Assembly (NCBI GenBank): GCA_050084515.1
Contig: CM114271.1
Span: 8,122,001 to 8,186,000 of the forward strand
From: Blasia pusilla
Taxonomy: Eukaryota
Reading direction: 5' to 3'
DNA: 64,000 nucleotides
A program made the position numbers and the translations under genes. Position 1 is the stretch's first letter, and each line of letters begins with the position of its first letter. The notes under the pieces were generated by a model. It was given only the letters and a program-made list of their open reading frames with translations, had not been told where the DNA came from and did not search any database. Below, one piece after another: positions 1 to 13,200 of the stretch.

Positions 1-300
1 GGCCCCGTGCAACCCGTTGGACTACAACGGCTTGCACAAGTTAGGCAGGTTGGGCCCTGTGCGACCCTTCGCAATCCAAAGGTTTGCACAAGCTAGGCAA
101 GATGGACGGGTTGCATGGGCAATCAAGGGCATAACGCCCAAGCACTGCTATCGCAACCCATCGGGCTCTGACGGGTTGTAACTAGCCCACGTGGAACAAG
201 CACCGTAACGGTCCACCGTCACACCAATGGTCAAGTGAAATAACATCGAAAGTATATAAGGACCATTTCCAAGGCTTTTCAGTTTTCCATTCTACGGTTT
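1..300. repeat. Degenerate relic of the palindrome-rich promoter region of the MULE family (diverged subfamily)
   Basis: Decayed palindromes (gcaacccgttggactacaacggcttgc, gcaacccatcgggctctgacgggttg) followed by aaagtatataagg, resembling 17300-18080 (aaagtataaatagg). Confidence 0.45.
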
Positions 301-574
301 TCAGCGCTGCTTTGAACTGCCTTGTTCACACAATTACCAAAATTGCCTTTCTAATTCCTCAGACATTTTGACGGTTGGTCGTTGTCTCTTTAATTGGGGC
401 CCAAAAAGGTTGGTGATGACGGTTTGGATTAAATCAATTTCGTTCAAAGGTAACCACGATTCAAGACTCAAGCACTCCCGCAGCGTTTGATCAAAGCTTC
501 GTGTCTCACCAGGTAATACATGGCCAGCACACAACCCAGGTGAAAATGTTGCTAGTTCCACCAGTTTGGTCCCA

Positions 575-1960
575 TGTAAGAGCTTAGGGCCAGATCAAAA
601 GATCAGATCTACAAGATGTACTCCTTAACAGCTGTAAACCCCACCTCTTTACCTTAAGAGGCTGGAGAAACTCTCTCCACTTCAGTATCACAATCCTATC
701 CTCACCCTACTAACCAAAACTCCTTCCTTTCTCTTGAGTGCTTTGAGTGGAGTGGCCAGTGGAACCCAACAAGCACACTCTACTTAGAAATCACAGTCAA
801 GAATGACCAGGGCAGCATAAGGTCCTCCAATGTGCTGCCTTGGACTAGTTGAATGTACCAAGGACATCCTCTAAAGTACACCCAACTCCTAACCGATCAA
901 GTAGTGCAATCACCTTCTTCTTCTCCTCATACCTTGCTGATCCTTTGTTCTCCCTTCTTGTTCAGGTAGTAGGAGACTTAACAGGCTGAGCCCATGGTCT
1001 TCTACCTATAGGGGACCTCAAGCATGACCCTCTCTCTCTCTCTCCACTCACTAACTCTTATCACTTACCGGACTGAAGTCCAGGTTGTCACACCCGAAGT
1101 AATCATGTGATTGGTGTCAAAGGCCAAGCTTAGGTGGGCGTAACAGCAAGCTTTCCAAGCACACCTTGGTAAAGCACAATCTTGGAACCCAAGCTTGCCT
1201 CCCCCTCTGGTACTGACCTCTTGTCCACTCCCCTGCACTTTTGAATGATTAGTTGAATCAGCTCCAAGAATCTCCCTTCATCAAGCCCTCCCCCAACTCA
1301 TCACTCAATCATGCACATACTCAGATACAGGGCAATGGTGTGAACTCATTTCACAGGGCTACCTCCTGTGTATCACAAAATCAAAGAGTACATGAGAGAC
1401 CTTCTTAGTCTCAGCCCCCTTCAAGCACACTACACACTACCTAGATCTGGGAGCACATAACTTTGCTGGTTAGCTTGGCTCAAGAGATCGAGTGTCTACT
1501 AGCCAACAACATGTATATGCCCGCCTTCAAGCAAACCCAACAGAGTATTTATAAGTGAAGCTGAGAGCCCTCTTCTTCCTTGGGCTTCTCTGGCATTCTG
1601 GGTTCCTACCTTCCTACAAATCTACCTCCCCCTAAGCATCTACTCCAAGGCATCTACTCCCTGAAATTTCTACCTCATCTACTTCTGAACCTGTCCCAAC
1701 TAAAGTCTCTTGAGCAGCATTTCCCAAGCTTGCTTCTTCTCAAGCTGGTTCGAGCTTCCCTTGGATGCTCTTCAGCTCCTCACTTGATCTCATTACTTCC
1801 CTGATGCTCCTCACCTGATCTCATTACTTCCCTGATGCTCTTCAGCTCCTCACCTAATCTCATTACTTCCCTGATGCTCCTCAGCTGATCTCATTTAAAT
1901 TGCAGATTGTGGTTCTAGCTCCTTCTACTCACCTAACTAGAGTCCCAAAAGTATCTAACA
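575..1960 (-). mobile_element. Putative LTR (~1.4 kb)
   Basis: Bounded by TGTAAGA...TCTAACA (TG..CA, imperfect inverted ends). TATAAATA on minus strand near 1545-1552. Lies just downstream of an integrase. No TSD or PPT seen. Confidence 0.4.
1763..1894. repeat. Short tandem repeat (4 units of about 30-40 bp)
   Basis: Repeated ctcctcacctgatctcattacttccctgatg units. Confidence 0.75.
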
Positions 1961-2029
1961 CACATGGGAGCCACTTATGAAGGGGCGCACATAATCCCAG
2001 AGCCAGCTTGCGAACGCCCCGAGAGCATG

Positions 2030-3214
2030 CTAGTTTTGAAAACCATCTTCAATCAGCTGCCCCATGTCATAGTATTTTCTAATCCTCGATCCATTCACTC
2101 TTGCCGGTAATGCTTCCCCATCTAGTGTAGCCAAAGACAAAGAACCATTCTCAAATACTGAGATTACCTGATAAGGCCCAAGCAGATGTGCAGCTTTCTC
2201 GAAACTTTTGGTGTCGACTATCATACATCAAACACCACGTCCCCATCCTTCATGGATCATGCTTTATTCGGTTATCAAACCTCATCTTCCTTTGTTCTTT
2301 GAACCGCCTTGGTCTTCTCTAATCTTCGCCTTACTCTCCTCCTCTAGGGCATCAATCATATCCAACCTGCTATCTATGCCACCTTCAGGTTGGAAGTGCC
2401 CTTCTAGAGTGTGATCAGTCTTCAACTCCAACTCTACTACCGAGAGAGGGTTCTGCCCATACACCAAGAAGTAGGGACTTTTCCCTGTGGTACTCTTCTC
2501 AGTTGTGTTGTAAGCATGGACAGCTGAAGCTAATTTCCTATCCCAATCTGATTTGTGAGCTGCCACTATCTTGGTCAAAATAGCACCAATGATCCCATTG
2601 GCTCTCTCAGTGAGACCATTAGCCTTAGGGTTGTAAGGTGTGGTCAACCTATGCTTGATTCGGTGCTGCTCTGTTATAGCCTGAATCACCTCATTAATGA
2701 AGTGCAAACCTCTATCACTTACTAACTCTCATGGAGCACCAAACCTCATGAGAATATGCTCATACAAGAACCTCCCAGCAGTTTCACCATCATTCTTCCT
2801 TGTGGCCTTAGCTTCCACCCACTTAGTAGCATAATCAGTGGCTAGAATAATGTATCTATTTCTATGGCCCTTACTAGCAAGAGTGATAGGACCAATGAAG
2901 TCAATTCCCCACTTAGCAAAAGGACCCAAAGGGATGATAGGTGTGAGTGGCCAATGATCCTTAATTGAAGGTTTGCTTGGATGTTGGCAAGGGTCACAAC
3001 TTCTAATGTACTTGTGCACATCTCTATGGAGGGTTGGCCACAAGTACCCTGCAGTTCGAATCTTCTTGATGGTGGTCTTCACTCCAAAGTGACCCCCCTT
3101 CTCTCCTGAGTGGAATGTATGCATGATTCTCAGACTTTCTCCCTTACTCACACACCTTCTCAACCTGTCATCTGGTCCAAGTTTGAACAGCACATCCTCG
3201 ATCAATGCATATGG
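2030..3214 (-). pseudogene. Ty3/Gypsy integrase fragment, cut at its 5' side by MULE copy A
   Basis: Zn-binding H..H..CxxC (GHFGVKTT...CDPCQ), core KWGIDFIGP, TTPYNPKANGLTER, GPY motif; in-frame stop near 2729; homologous to ORF 45149-46486. Confidence 0.9.
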
Positions 3215-5589
3215 GGGGGCTGGTATTCTGGCAGGAGAGAGTAAGAGAGGAGAGGAAGAGAGGAAGAGAGGAGAGTCTCTCTTCAAAAAAAGGGGCCAAA
3301 TCCGCCTCCTCTCTTCAAAACTTTTTGACTTATTTGAAATTTTTGTTTGCTTTCAAATTCAGGAAATCTTTAGAAGAGAGTATTTCGTGGTCCACATTTG
3401 GCCCTAAAAAAACCTCCTCTTTCCTGGGGGCGAGAAAAAAGGAGACATCATAAGACCACCCTAAACATTTTTCCATCACTGCCCATGTGAGCCTAAGTTT
3501 CTTAACATTCCCTGTCTCGGTCAACAAAAAGCAAGTGCCCTTGGTATTTTTGTTGAGGACCACCCGGATGGGTACCTCTCTTTGCAGGATTGTTGCCTGC
3601 ATCATGGCCTCCCTAAATTGCCCCATAACCAACTTTTCGCTTCGGTTATGAATGGTGTCTGCTCAAGACCAACTTTCTGAAATGTGAAAAATCAGATCCT
3701 AAGGCTTAAACCGAGAAGTCGCACCTCCCAACCCGTAAGAAAGCTCACCATAAGAAACGAAAGATTTTTAGAAGTGATTTTCTTCCACCCTGCACCCACG
3801 ACGATCTAACGGGTTGGGAATCCGAAATGGCAATCCGAGAGGTAGTAGGAATCCTGCACATCTTAGACAAGAAAAGAAGCCTACAACTGGTTGGACGAAT
3901 GAAGGGGAACGAGCCAAAAGCCAAGAAGCCCGCCACAATGCGCCGGTTGGTCTCACCGGATAGAGTCCGATCACTCAAGCAAATCAACCTGTCGGAATCC
4001 GAGAGGTTGCCTGGAAATGGTTAAAAAGTTGCAGTGGGCAAAAAGCAAAAAGTCGGAATCATACGGGTTGCAGAATTGTAATTCTGATTAGCTAAAAGAA
4101 CACAATCCATAAGTCCAAAAACATATTCCAGAAAACTTTTACAAACACCATTATGGGTTGAAAAAATCTCGTCCTTTATTACCTCCGAAGGAACCTCGGA
4201 AATGTACATTGAACCTAGTCTATGATTTCTTCAGCCTCGTCATCTACAAATTTACTCCTAACTCTCCTCGATGACAGTACCAAAGGAATGTCCTGGGATT
4301 CAAGTGGCTCCTCTGGCCGATTGTAGACGGGGATCGAAAATGTTGGCGAATTCGAGAGCCTTGGCCCCTCCCTAGGTACACCATAACGGTCCCATGTAAC
4401 TTATCTCGAGTCCCACCGCCTTCCTCGGCAATATACCTTGTACGCTCCGCAATGTGACACCCATCCAGTATCAATATCTGCTCCGTCCCCGGTAATACCA
4501 CTATGGCAACCGCACAGGTAGAAGGAATCCAACACGTCTAAGAGAAGAAAAGAAGCCTATGCCTGCCTTTATGAGTTGAGGGGAAGATGCCAAGGGAAGA
4601 AGCCCGCCAGACTGCCTGATCCGAAAGGGTTCGATCAGGCAACTTGTCGGAATCAGACAGGTTGCCTGGAGGTGGTAAAAAGGGTCCAGTGGTCAAAAAG
4701 CGAAAAGTTGAAAGGAGGATAAATCCGACGGGTTGCTTGCAGTGGTCATAAAGTGAAAATTGCAAGCAGGAGAAATCCGACGGGTTGAAAAGTAGAAGAC
4801 CGTGGAGTACATAGATGATCACATTCGAAAAGACAAAATGATCAGCAAACATTTACAAGCACCACCATCGATCAAAAAAATCTTCTACTTTATATCATCC
4901 GAAGAAAGCTCGGAACTATACATTTGATCTATTCTATGAAATCTTTTGCCAAATTATAAAAAAATCCCTACTCCAAACGCTGCAGTCAAGCTGGGTCGTT
5001 GAGTTCTTTGAACTCACTCGTCATCGTTCGAGAGCTCTTGCAAAATCACTTTTGGCCTTGCCCTCCTGATTTTGGGAATCGTTGGAAGTGACGATGGAGT
5101 CACTACCAAGGGTGGCTCTGGAACCGGACCTCTCGGCTTTGGTGGAGAGTTGTACGCCCCAACGAGCCTTTCGTATTCTGCCTTTGCCTCCTTGCAAAGG
5201 TCAAACGATTCGCCTTCCCTCGAGGAGCAGAATGTTCCCGCCACTCGCCAGCGCCCTCGATACTCGCCCCTGAAAGGCCCACTAAGTCGAACACCAAGTC
5301 ACCCGGCCTTGAGCGAGCTCGATGAGCGTTGCATCGTGGTGGCGACATTTCCCTTCATCCCAGAAGTGGGGTACTGTCTTGCATGTAAATTCCCGGGGGG
5401 GAATTGTACAAACTATCTAAGCTGTACCCATCTGAGCATGGATCCACAGGATCCTGGATCTTGAACACTGGAAATTGTGCTCGGGCGAACGGCAAAGACA
5501 CGAGGGAGTGGTCCATCGAAAATCAAGACGAAACAATGTCGAAACTAAAGAAGTCCCTTGAGAAGATTTTCAATAATCGACTTTGATCA

Positions 5590-5950
5590 ACTGCTTGAGT
5601 CCGACGGGTTGTTTTGTCCGGACCAACCCGTCGGAACCCGACGGGTTGCGATTGCTTTTGGGTTTTCCAAGTTGATTTTGGTTTTCGGATGCAACCGTCG
5701 AAGGCGACAGTTGTTACCGCCTAGACGAGCCCATGCTCGCCCGAGAGCAACCGTCGATAGCAACCCGTTGCTATTAGACGGGTTGCATCCAAAACCAAAA
5801 TCAATCGCAACCCGTCGGGTTCCGACGGGTTGCGTACACCGCGTTTTCCTGTGTATGTGGGAAAGATGCAACCCGTCGAAACCGACGGGTTGCTCTCACC
5901 GAGCATGGTCGCTCGAGCCAAAGAACCCGCCGCTTCCGACGGGTTGCTTA
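5590..5950. repeat. 27-bp palindrome array (intron of accessory gene, copy A)
   Basis: Several GCAACCCGTCGGnnnCCGACGGGTTGC variants with irregular spacers. Confidence 0.9.
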
Positions 5951-7919
5951 CGGACAAAAAAAACACAGATTGACTGATTCTACACATCATAACAAGATAA
6001 TTGAAATTATTGTACAGGAATTGAGCCTTACCCGAATTTGACTCGTCGCGGATCGGAGTGGGTACTCGTTTTTGATGATCCACGATTGTGCCGTCCTCCA
6101 CTTTAGCGACCTCTTGACGCACTTGAGGTTGAAGAGCTCGCCCTCGCTCCCTCGGCCAACACCAAGAAGCAGCCCTCGCCACTCGAGATAGGCGTGCGCA
6201 AAGGAGAACAAAAGTGCACTGGTCATAAGTGAGCGCAGATTCCACTCAGTGTACCTCGTCGCCGGATTTTCGCCCCAAAGTCGCAACCCCGAGGGCAGAT
6301 CGGCGATCAAGAGATCCACCGCAACCTCTTCCACCACTACATTCACCGTCCAGGTAGCGTGCCCGTTTCGTTGGAGCTTCCGTCCCAGCGTTGTCAATTT
6401 TTTGATGGCAGTTGTCGACGCTTGAGAATCAAGTCGTTTCGGCTCATCCAAGAAAGAGGTGAATCGAAGGAGGACGCTTGTCCGGTCGTTGTTTGTCTGT
6501 GTCTTCCCAAGGATGATGGGTGTATTCTCCTTGGGACAACCGGGCACCTCTCGCTTCCGCTTCTCCTAGTCGGGGACGGCTTGGTCGGGTTTCTATGACC
6601 TCGGATTTCGTGGCGTTTTCTTCGCCGAGGACCTGGTCCGACCCTCTCTCCTCGCTCGTCCGGACGATTCCGCCTCTGGCCTCTCATCTTCAGGCTCTCT
6701 TTGGGAAGTCTCGGCCTCTGAATTTTTCCCTCCCCTCGCCTTGCCTTTGAGACCCGCTGTGGATTTGTCTTTGGCTATCCGGACCTTGGAAGCCAACTCA
6801 GCTATTGTTGAGTCGTTGAAGTCGAGCCAAATGGGGCAATTCTCCACCTCCCAATCCGACATGTGCTGACCCATCTCCACGTCGTACATGGAGAATGTCT
6901 CTGCATCCGGCGGCGAAGCCCACAATTTCAAGGCTGCCGGTAATTTTCCCCACGTACCTGCGTTCTTACACTGGACGAGGTACCTGAATACCATCCGTTG
7001 GGCAGCTTTTAGTCAAACATTATCGGCCGTTTGCTCCTATAGATCTCGCTTCTTCTTCGCTTGATCCCGTTTGTTACCCTCTACTTCTTCGTCAAGCTCT
7101 GCCTGAGGGAGGACGCAAACCTTGAACATGGTCTTGAATCCAGGGTTCTTGGTTGGCTTGTCGGATGTCGTCGAGCCAAACCTCGTAATCTCAGAACTTT
7201 CAATGTTTGCTTCGGCGGAATGGGCTCTAATCTTCGAGCTCCGCTTGCAAACCGCCCAAAGACGGACTTCGATTACCCGCAACGCGTCCCAGAACGACCA
7301 TTCGCGTAGCCAATGCAAGATCACTGGATCGGACACACCCGGAGGATGGTGTGCCGCCCTCTTGTGGGCCTCGAGCCCTCGAGACTGATTTTCATCGATC
7401 GTATCCTCTGAACTTCGCTAATCCCGGATAACGCATAAAAAAGATGCACGCGATCCGACACTTTCTCCCCAATGTGACCATGCGGATCTTCATCCCTCTT
7501 CCGCCGACGCTTGATAATTGCCTTGAGCTCCTTGTAGAACTCGGACCAAGTTCGGGGTTGAGAATCCGATGTATCGCATCTTGCTCGCCGTGTATTTCGT
7601 TGCGGAAGATACAAAGAACTTGATGAATTTGGCGCCGACGCAGATACCTTCTCCCTCCGCTCGGCTCGATTGCAACGCTTTTCTTCATGGGCCTGTATCT
7701 TTGACCAGCAAAGGATGGTTACGGTGCATCTTGAGAAATAAACTTGTTTGCCCAAGTTTTCTTCTTAATCTGAGCACCCTTTGCAAGCATCCGATTGACG
7801 AGGGCACGCCAAGAACCCTGTACTCTCCCGGGTGCGTCGTAAGCACCTTCCTCACCCGATCGCAGTCTTGGATCCAATGGTGGGTGACATTCCCTTCCGA
7901 TACAATCCTGCACATCCAA

Positions 7920-8600
7920 ACTCAACCCGTCAGGAAATAACATGGGTTCCGCAGAACCCGCCCGGACTCGACGGTCGTTATGACTTCAGGGTCGGATTCT
8001 AGCAACAAGCTAAATGATGCAACCCGTCGGAGTCCGACGGTTTGCATTGAGATTTGCTAATGCCAGGTAAGCAACTCGTCGGACTCCAACGGGTTGTTGG
8101 ACTGCACGCTTTTTCGGATGTTTTTTTAAGATTGCAACTCATCGGACTCCGACGACTTGTTTGATTGAACATAGATTTAACTAGTTTTTGGCCCAAAGCA
8201 AACCGTCGGAGTCCGACGGGTTGCTCGATAGGCCGCCTTGTGAGGTTGTTTTTTAAGAATGCAACTCGTCCAACTCGTTGGGCCAAAAACTAGTTAAATC
8301 TATGTTCAATCAAACAAGTCGTCGGAGTCCGACGAGTTGCACTCTTCAAAAAACATCCTCACAAGGCGGCCTGTCGAGCAACCCATCGGACTCCGACGGT
8401 TTGCTTTGGGCCAAAAACTAGTTAAATCTTTGTTCCATCAAACAAGTCATCGGAGTCCGACGAGTTGCAATCTAAAAAAAACATCCGGAAAAGCGTGCAG
8501 TATAGCAACCCGTCGGAGTCCGACGAGTTGCTTTCTGCCTAAACAAACCTAACCCATTCATCAATCGAGCAACTTGTCGAAGTCCGACGAGTTGCAAAAG
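7920..8600. repeat. 27-bp palindrome array (intron after the ParB exon, copy A)
   Basis: About 10 variants, e.g. 8019-8045 gcaacccgtcggagtccgacggtttgc. Confidence 0.9.
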
Positions 8601-10210
8601 TGTTAAAGATACTCACGTGTTCATGGCATGCATTGCCATCTCCACCGTCGCCATGTGATGAGGGTATGGGTGAAGGACCACTGCCTTCACGCAGAAATGT
8701 GCCTCCAATGAGTTGGGGCGCTCCTCCGCAAACTTGGTCCATGCCATGAACCTATGATTTCCATCCCAGATGAAGAAATGCAGATTCCTCATCCGGCTGA
8801 ATTCCGTGCCCTCAACTTGCCTTCTGAAGTCCTGGTCTCGCATCCTCAAAAATGTGTCGAGATTTTCCAAGTCCTCCTCAGTAACCAAAGCTTGGGTTCC
8901 ATGCTCGTCGTAAGGCTGAACATAGAAGGGAGGAAAGCTGTCCACGTAGGATGTTGTCACCGCCGATTGTTTTAGCTTTGCGATGTCCTCGTCGGACTGT
9001 ATTTCGCGCACGTATTCCATTGTCCTTAATCGGCAGAGTGGAATCCTCGGGCGTTAGGCCTCCATGAGTGCCATCTGCTTTACCACATGTCAGAACCGGG
9101 ACAAGAGGAATAAGCTACACTGAAATCCCAATGAATTGCAATACACATAATTAAAAAAACCCAGAACCTCTCTTACCCGCTCGAAAATGGAGTCGGTTTC
9201 TTGACCAGCTAACTTGTCTGAGACAGGGGCTGGCAAATCGATTGGGAACTCGTCAATCCGATAGAGGTCGATGTCCTCCGCCGGGCTTGGAGTCGAGAAT
9301 GACCGCTCTCCGGCTTCTTCGGCCATGTCCACCATCTCCACGCTGGCGGTCCTCATGACCTCGTCGTCATCGATTTGAATTGGTGTTGTTTCCACTATGT
9401 TGATTGTGTCCCGGACTTCGTGGGGGATATTTCCCGCATCTCAACACTTGCGGTTGGACGGGCTGGGCTATCGTCAATGGCTATCGCTTTTTCCCGCCTC
9501 GCTTTAGCCAATTCTGCCCTCCTCACCGACGCGTCCAGACGCTTCTTCTCTCTCTTTTCATCGGCGATCCTTTTCTTCAAGGCCTGCGACGTCTGGGCCT
9601 CTTTGTTCTGTTTATCTAGCGCCGCTTGAATACGTCTCGCCAGAAGCACTTGGTTGTGCAGCTCCGCTTCCCTTTCCCGCTCCTCGATTTCCTGCTGCCT
9701 AATTTCATTCGCCGAACGAGGCCCAGGAGAAGCTGACGCAGGAGTCCTAATGGACTTGGGAGTGAAGCTCCCAGACTTGTTGGCTTGTGTTTTTTTCCTC
9801 GTCATTTTTGCCGGAAATGCCTCCACCTATGCCCACGACAAATCCCTTGATCAGTCGACTTGCTGATGTCGAGATGGGAGCTCGTCTCACCTTGATGGTT
9901 AGCTCGAATCGTCCCGATACCGCTCGGTCGAACCGTCTCGCTCTCGTTCCCTCCTATCGACTCGCGATGTGTCGCCGCGTGAAATGCCCCTTCATATCTG
10001 ATCAGAAGCTGCGCGGGAGAGTGAGGAGTGAGGACAGAATTGAATGTGTTACAGAATTGGATCCATTGTGTCAGACAATCTCCCCCACCGAATTCATCTT
10101 GTCAGTAAAAATCTGTCAGGAGTATCTGTTTCCTCTTCACTATAAATTAAATATTCTCATTCTCATTCTCATTCTCATTCTCAGTCTCCTCCCGTAGGAA
10201 TCTTCTTGGC

Positions 10211-13200
10211 ATGGATAATTATGTTAAGCTCAGTTGTGGCAGTCATCTGGCGGCCCTTCCTCAATCAGAAATCATTCGACCCCAAGCTCGTGAGTCTTTC
10301 AGAGCAAATGGATGAAAATTTTCATGTCATTCGATTTCTTCTTCAATTGGAACCATCTTTGTATCCAAAGATGTAAGGGTGGAAGGTACGGAAGACATTA
10401 TAGGTGAGACGGTCCAGCCAATAACCTCAGACCGTAAGGTATGGAATCTCCTACCTGTCGCAAATGGTCAATACAGAGTTTACGGCCTGCCCCTGAATTC
10501 GTCTGTTTCCCAAGTAGACGGTCTAGAATTTCCTAGTGCTCCGAGCTCTACGTTTGCAACTCCAAGCTCTGCAGATCCGGCCGACTCCAACCATGACGCC
10601 AGTAACAATGTTGTTTTTCCTGAAGAGATTCCGGATGTTATCAACCTCGAGTGGATCTTTCGGACACCAATCGGGCCCTCTGTCCGCCTACTCGTTCCTC
10701 TTGCGAGTATCAGGCAATAGTTTGCTTTCGTCTCTGCCCTTGAAAATGTTCAAGCGCATCCTTGTCGACGAGTTGCCGCCCACGTACGATGGTAATTGCA
10801 TTTTTGAGTTGCCTCCACTTGCTGCTCCTGCTCAAAAGAAGGATGGAGGACGCCTGAAGGGTATGGACAAAAAGTCTGATTGTCATCGATGGTGCAGGCT
10901 TCAACGGACCAGTGCTTCAATTCCAGATGGTCCTTGGATTGTCTCTCGCCGCCAATGCGTGGGAGCCTTGGAGTGTAGAAGTCCAACATGCCTGTATCTA
11001 GAGCGCAACGGGTGAGTCAATACGTCGCAATTCCCTCCCAAGAATGCAGAAACTCCATATGAGGTCGGTGCCACCATACTGCCGGGAGGCCATCGATGTC
11101 CTCATTGTCAGGCATCGCCCTTCTGCATTGGAGCGTGTCCTGCATACATATTTTTCATTGTCCACGACTTGGGCTCCACGTCAGAGTATACAAGGCTGGC
11201 TGTCCATGTTGGCTCCCACACTCATCCTGTGATCGAAGCAATTCAAAGACACATCAAGGAGGATGTGGCGAAGAAAGTAGCCGAGGTCTTTAGAAACTCT
11301 CCGGGTTCAAAGCCCGGGGTGATCAAGCTCACAACGGCATCACAAATTTGTGAACAATTGCTTGGAATCCCTGGACAGGGCGAGATCACGGCGGTTGAGG
11401 AGAAACAACTCTGGGAAAATCTCGCATTTCTCGCTGATCCTGAATGCTTTGAATTTCTTTGCGTCGATACGAGTTCGGATGGAAAAGACGAAATGGATGC
11501 CATCGCGAGAATCAAGGCCAACTCAGATTTCCATTCATTCAGATATGGCGTTCATGGGCCAAGGAGGCGAGGATCCAGGGCCTATGTCTTCAAAATGTCA
11601 ACCACAGGTCCGTCGAGTGGCCTCGATCTTATAGATCGAATGAGGGAAGGGGAAGATCTTTACGGGAGCTGGGTCAGCTTTGATATTTGCTCTGAGTCTT
11701 TGAACGGATGGTTGACGATGGGTGCTCACGTTTATGACCATGTGGAGAAGGGACTCAAAACTATATTTGTGTGTGAAGTAAAGCGTAAGACGCGTTGGCG
11801 ATTTGAAGATGTCTTTGGTTACTCTTATTGGAGGTGGTGAAGGAAAACAAAAGGCCACCTCCAGAAATTTATGGGTTCATGGCGGACAATGCACAACCTG
11901 GGTGGATTGCTATCCGGGAAGTGTTTTGGGGTGGAGAGGTTCAACCGGAGAGGGAAAGGTCGGATGCTTTCCATTGGCAACTTGATCTCGACCAGTACAC
12001 CAAATCTTGCATCAAGGAGAATAAGAGGACAAAGCATGTCACTCTACTCCAACGCTGCAAGGACAGCAAAACCTTGAAGCATGGCATGGACTACAAGGAA
12101 GAACTTCATGGGTGGTGGAGGAAGCATGCGATTGAGGGGAAGTACAAAGAGTTGTGCTCTTGGTTGAGTTGGTGGACTGTACGTATGAGACAATGGGGAA
12201 ACTTCATGCGGCAGGTGAGTTCACTATTTTGTCTTGTCAAGCTCACGCTGAGAATTATTTGTAAAGTTGTAGCTCAGGGTGAGAAGCGTGGGAATTATAT
12301 GGATTTCAAACCCAAGAAACCAAGCAAGCTGTCGGATGCGACGGGTTGCCCGAGTGTGCAACCCGACGGAAACCGACGGGTTGCCCAAGGGTGCAACCCG
12401 ACGGAAACCAACGGGTTGCATCCAGATGTTTGGTGCAACCCGAGTGTGCAACCCGTCGGGACCCGACGGGTCACAGAGTTGTTCATGGGATGCCTCGGCC
12501 TTGCAACCTGTCGGGTTCCGACGGGTTGTAGTAGGTGGGTTGAAGGTTACAACACGTCGGGACCCGACGGGTCGCAGAGTCGTTCATGGGATGCCTCGGG
12601 CCTGCAACCCGTCTGGTTCCGACAGGTCGCTTATTTCTTTGACTCCTAAGTTATTTTCGTTCCCTTCTAACATTGCCGTCGTTGCAGGGATTGAACGTTC
12701 ATGAAAATGCCCTCTTCCCCAACACAAGTGGAGCAGAAATTGTTCATTCCTCTTGGAGGTTGTCACAAGCATGCCAACGAATTTCACTTGTGGAGGCATG
12801 CTGTCATAAAGGAAAAGGGCCGTCGATCTACGAGCTCTATGTCGTATGGGTATTTTGTGAGATCTCGGTGATGAAAATTGTATGTCGAAGCCTTCAACGG
12901 TGCGTGAATCGAACTCCTTTCGAGCAAGACGTACACATAGGTGGGGATATTCGGTAATGCGGGTTTCAAGACGCCCCATACTGAGATGGTGGTAGAGCAG
13001 TCGAACGAGACTCGTGGAGACCAGATAAGTATCTTGACTTGAGCGGTGAAGAGGCAAAGATCGAGGAACAAATCCGGTGATTGATTTGGATGAGGAAATT
13101 ACACCGCCAGGTATTAGGGGACCGGACCCGTCCCAAATTCGTGATGGAGTTACTTCTCCAAAATCAGTGAATGTTTTATTTCAAAAGCCCTCCGTTGGTG

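Larger units (their letters stand above)
4215..9826 (-). pseudogene. Multi-exon ParB/Srx-domain + amino-DNA-methyltransferase-fold accessory gene (copy A)
   Basis: Charged coiled N-terminus (9395-9826); exon with FIWDGNHRFMAW (8613-9020); DLLIADLPSG (about 6290-6317); frameshifted SRPGDLVFDLVGLSGAS (about 5260-5310); GT-AG introns; frameshifts. Confidence 0.7.

Noticed and set aside
575-1960. Solo LTR with TSD
   Set aside because: Flanks (tccca / cacat) do not match and no PPT is visible; kept only as a low-confidence LTR.
7920-8600. Palindromic repeats with spacers as a CRISPR array
   Set aside because: Spacers are irregular in length and often repeat each other, repeats are degenerate, no cas genes are present, and the arrays sit in spliceosomal introns of a transposon.
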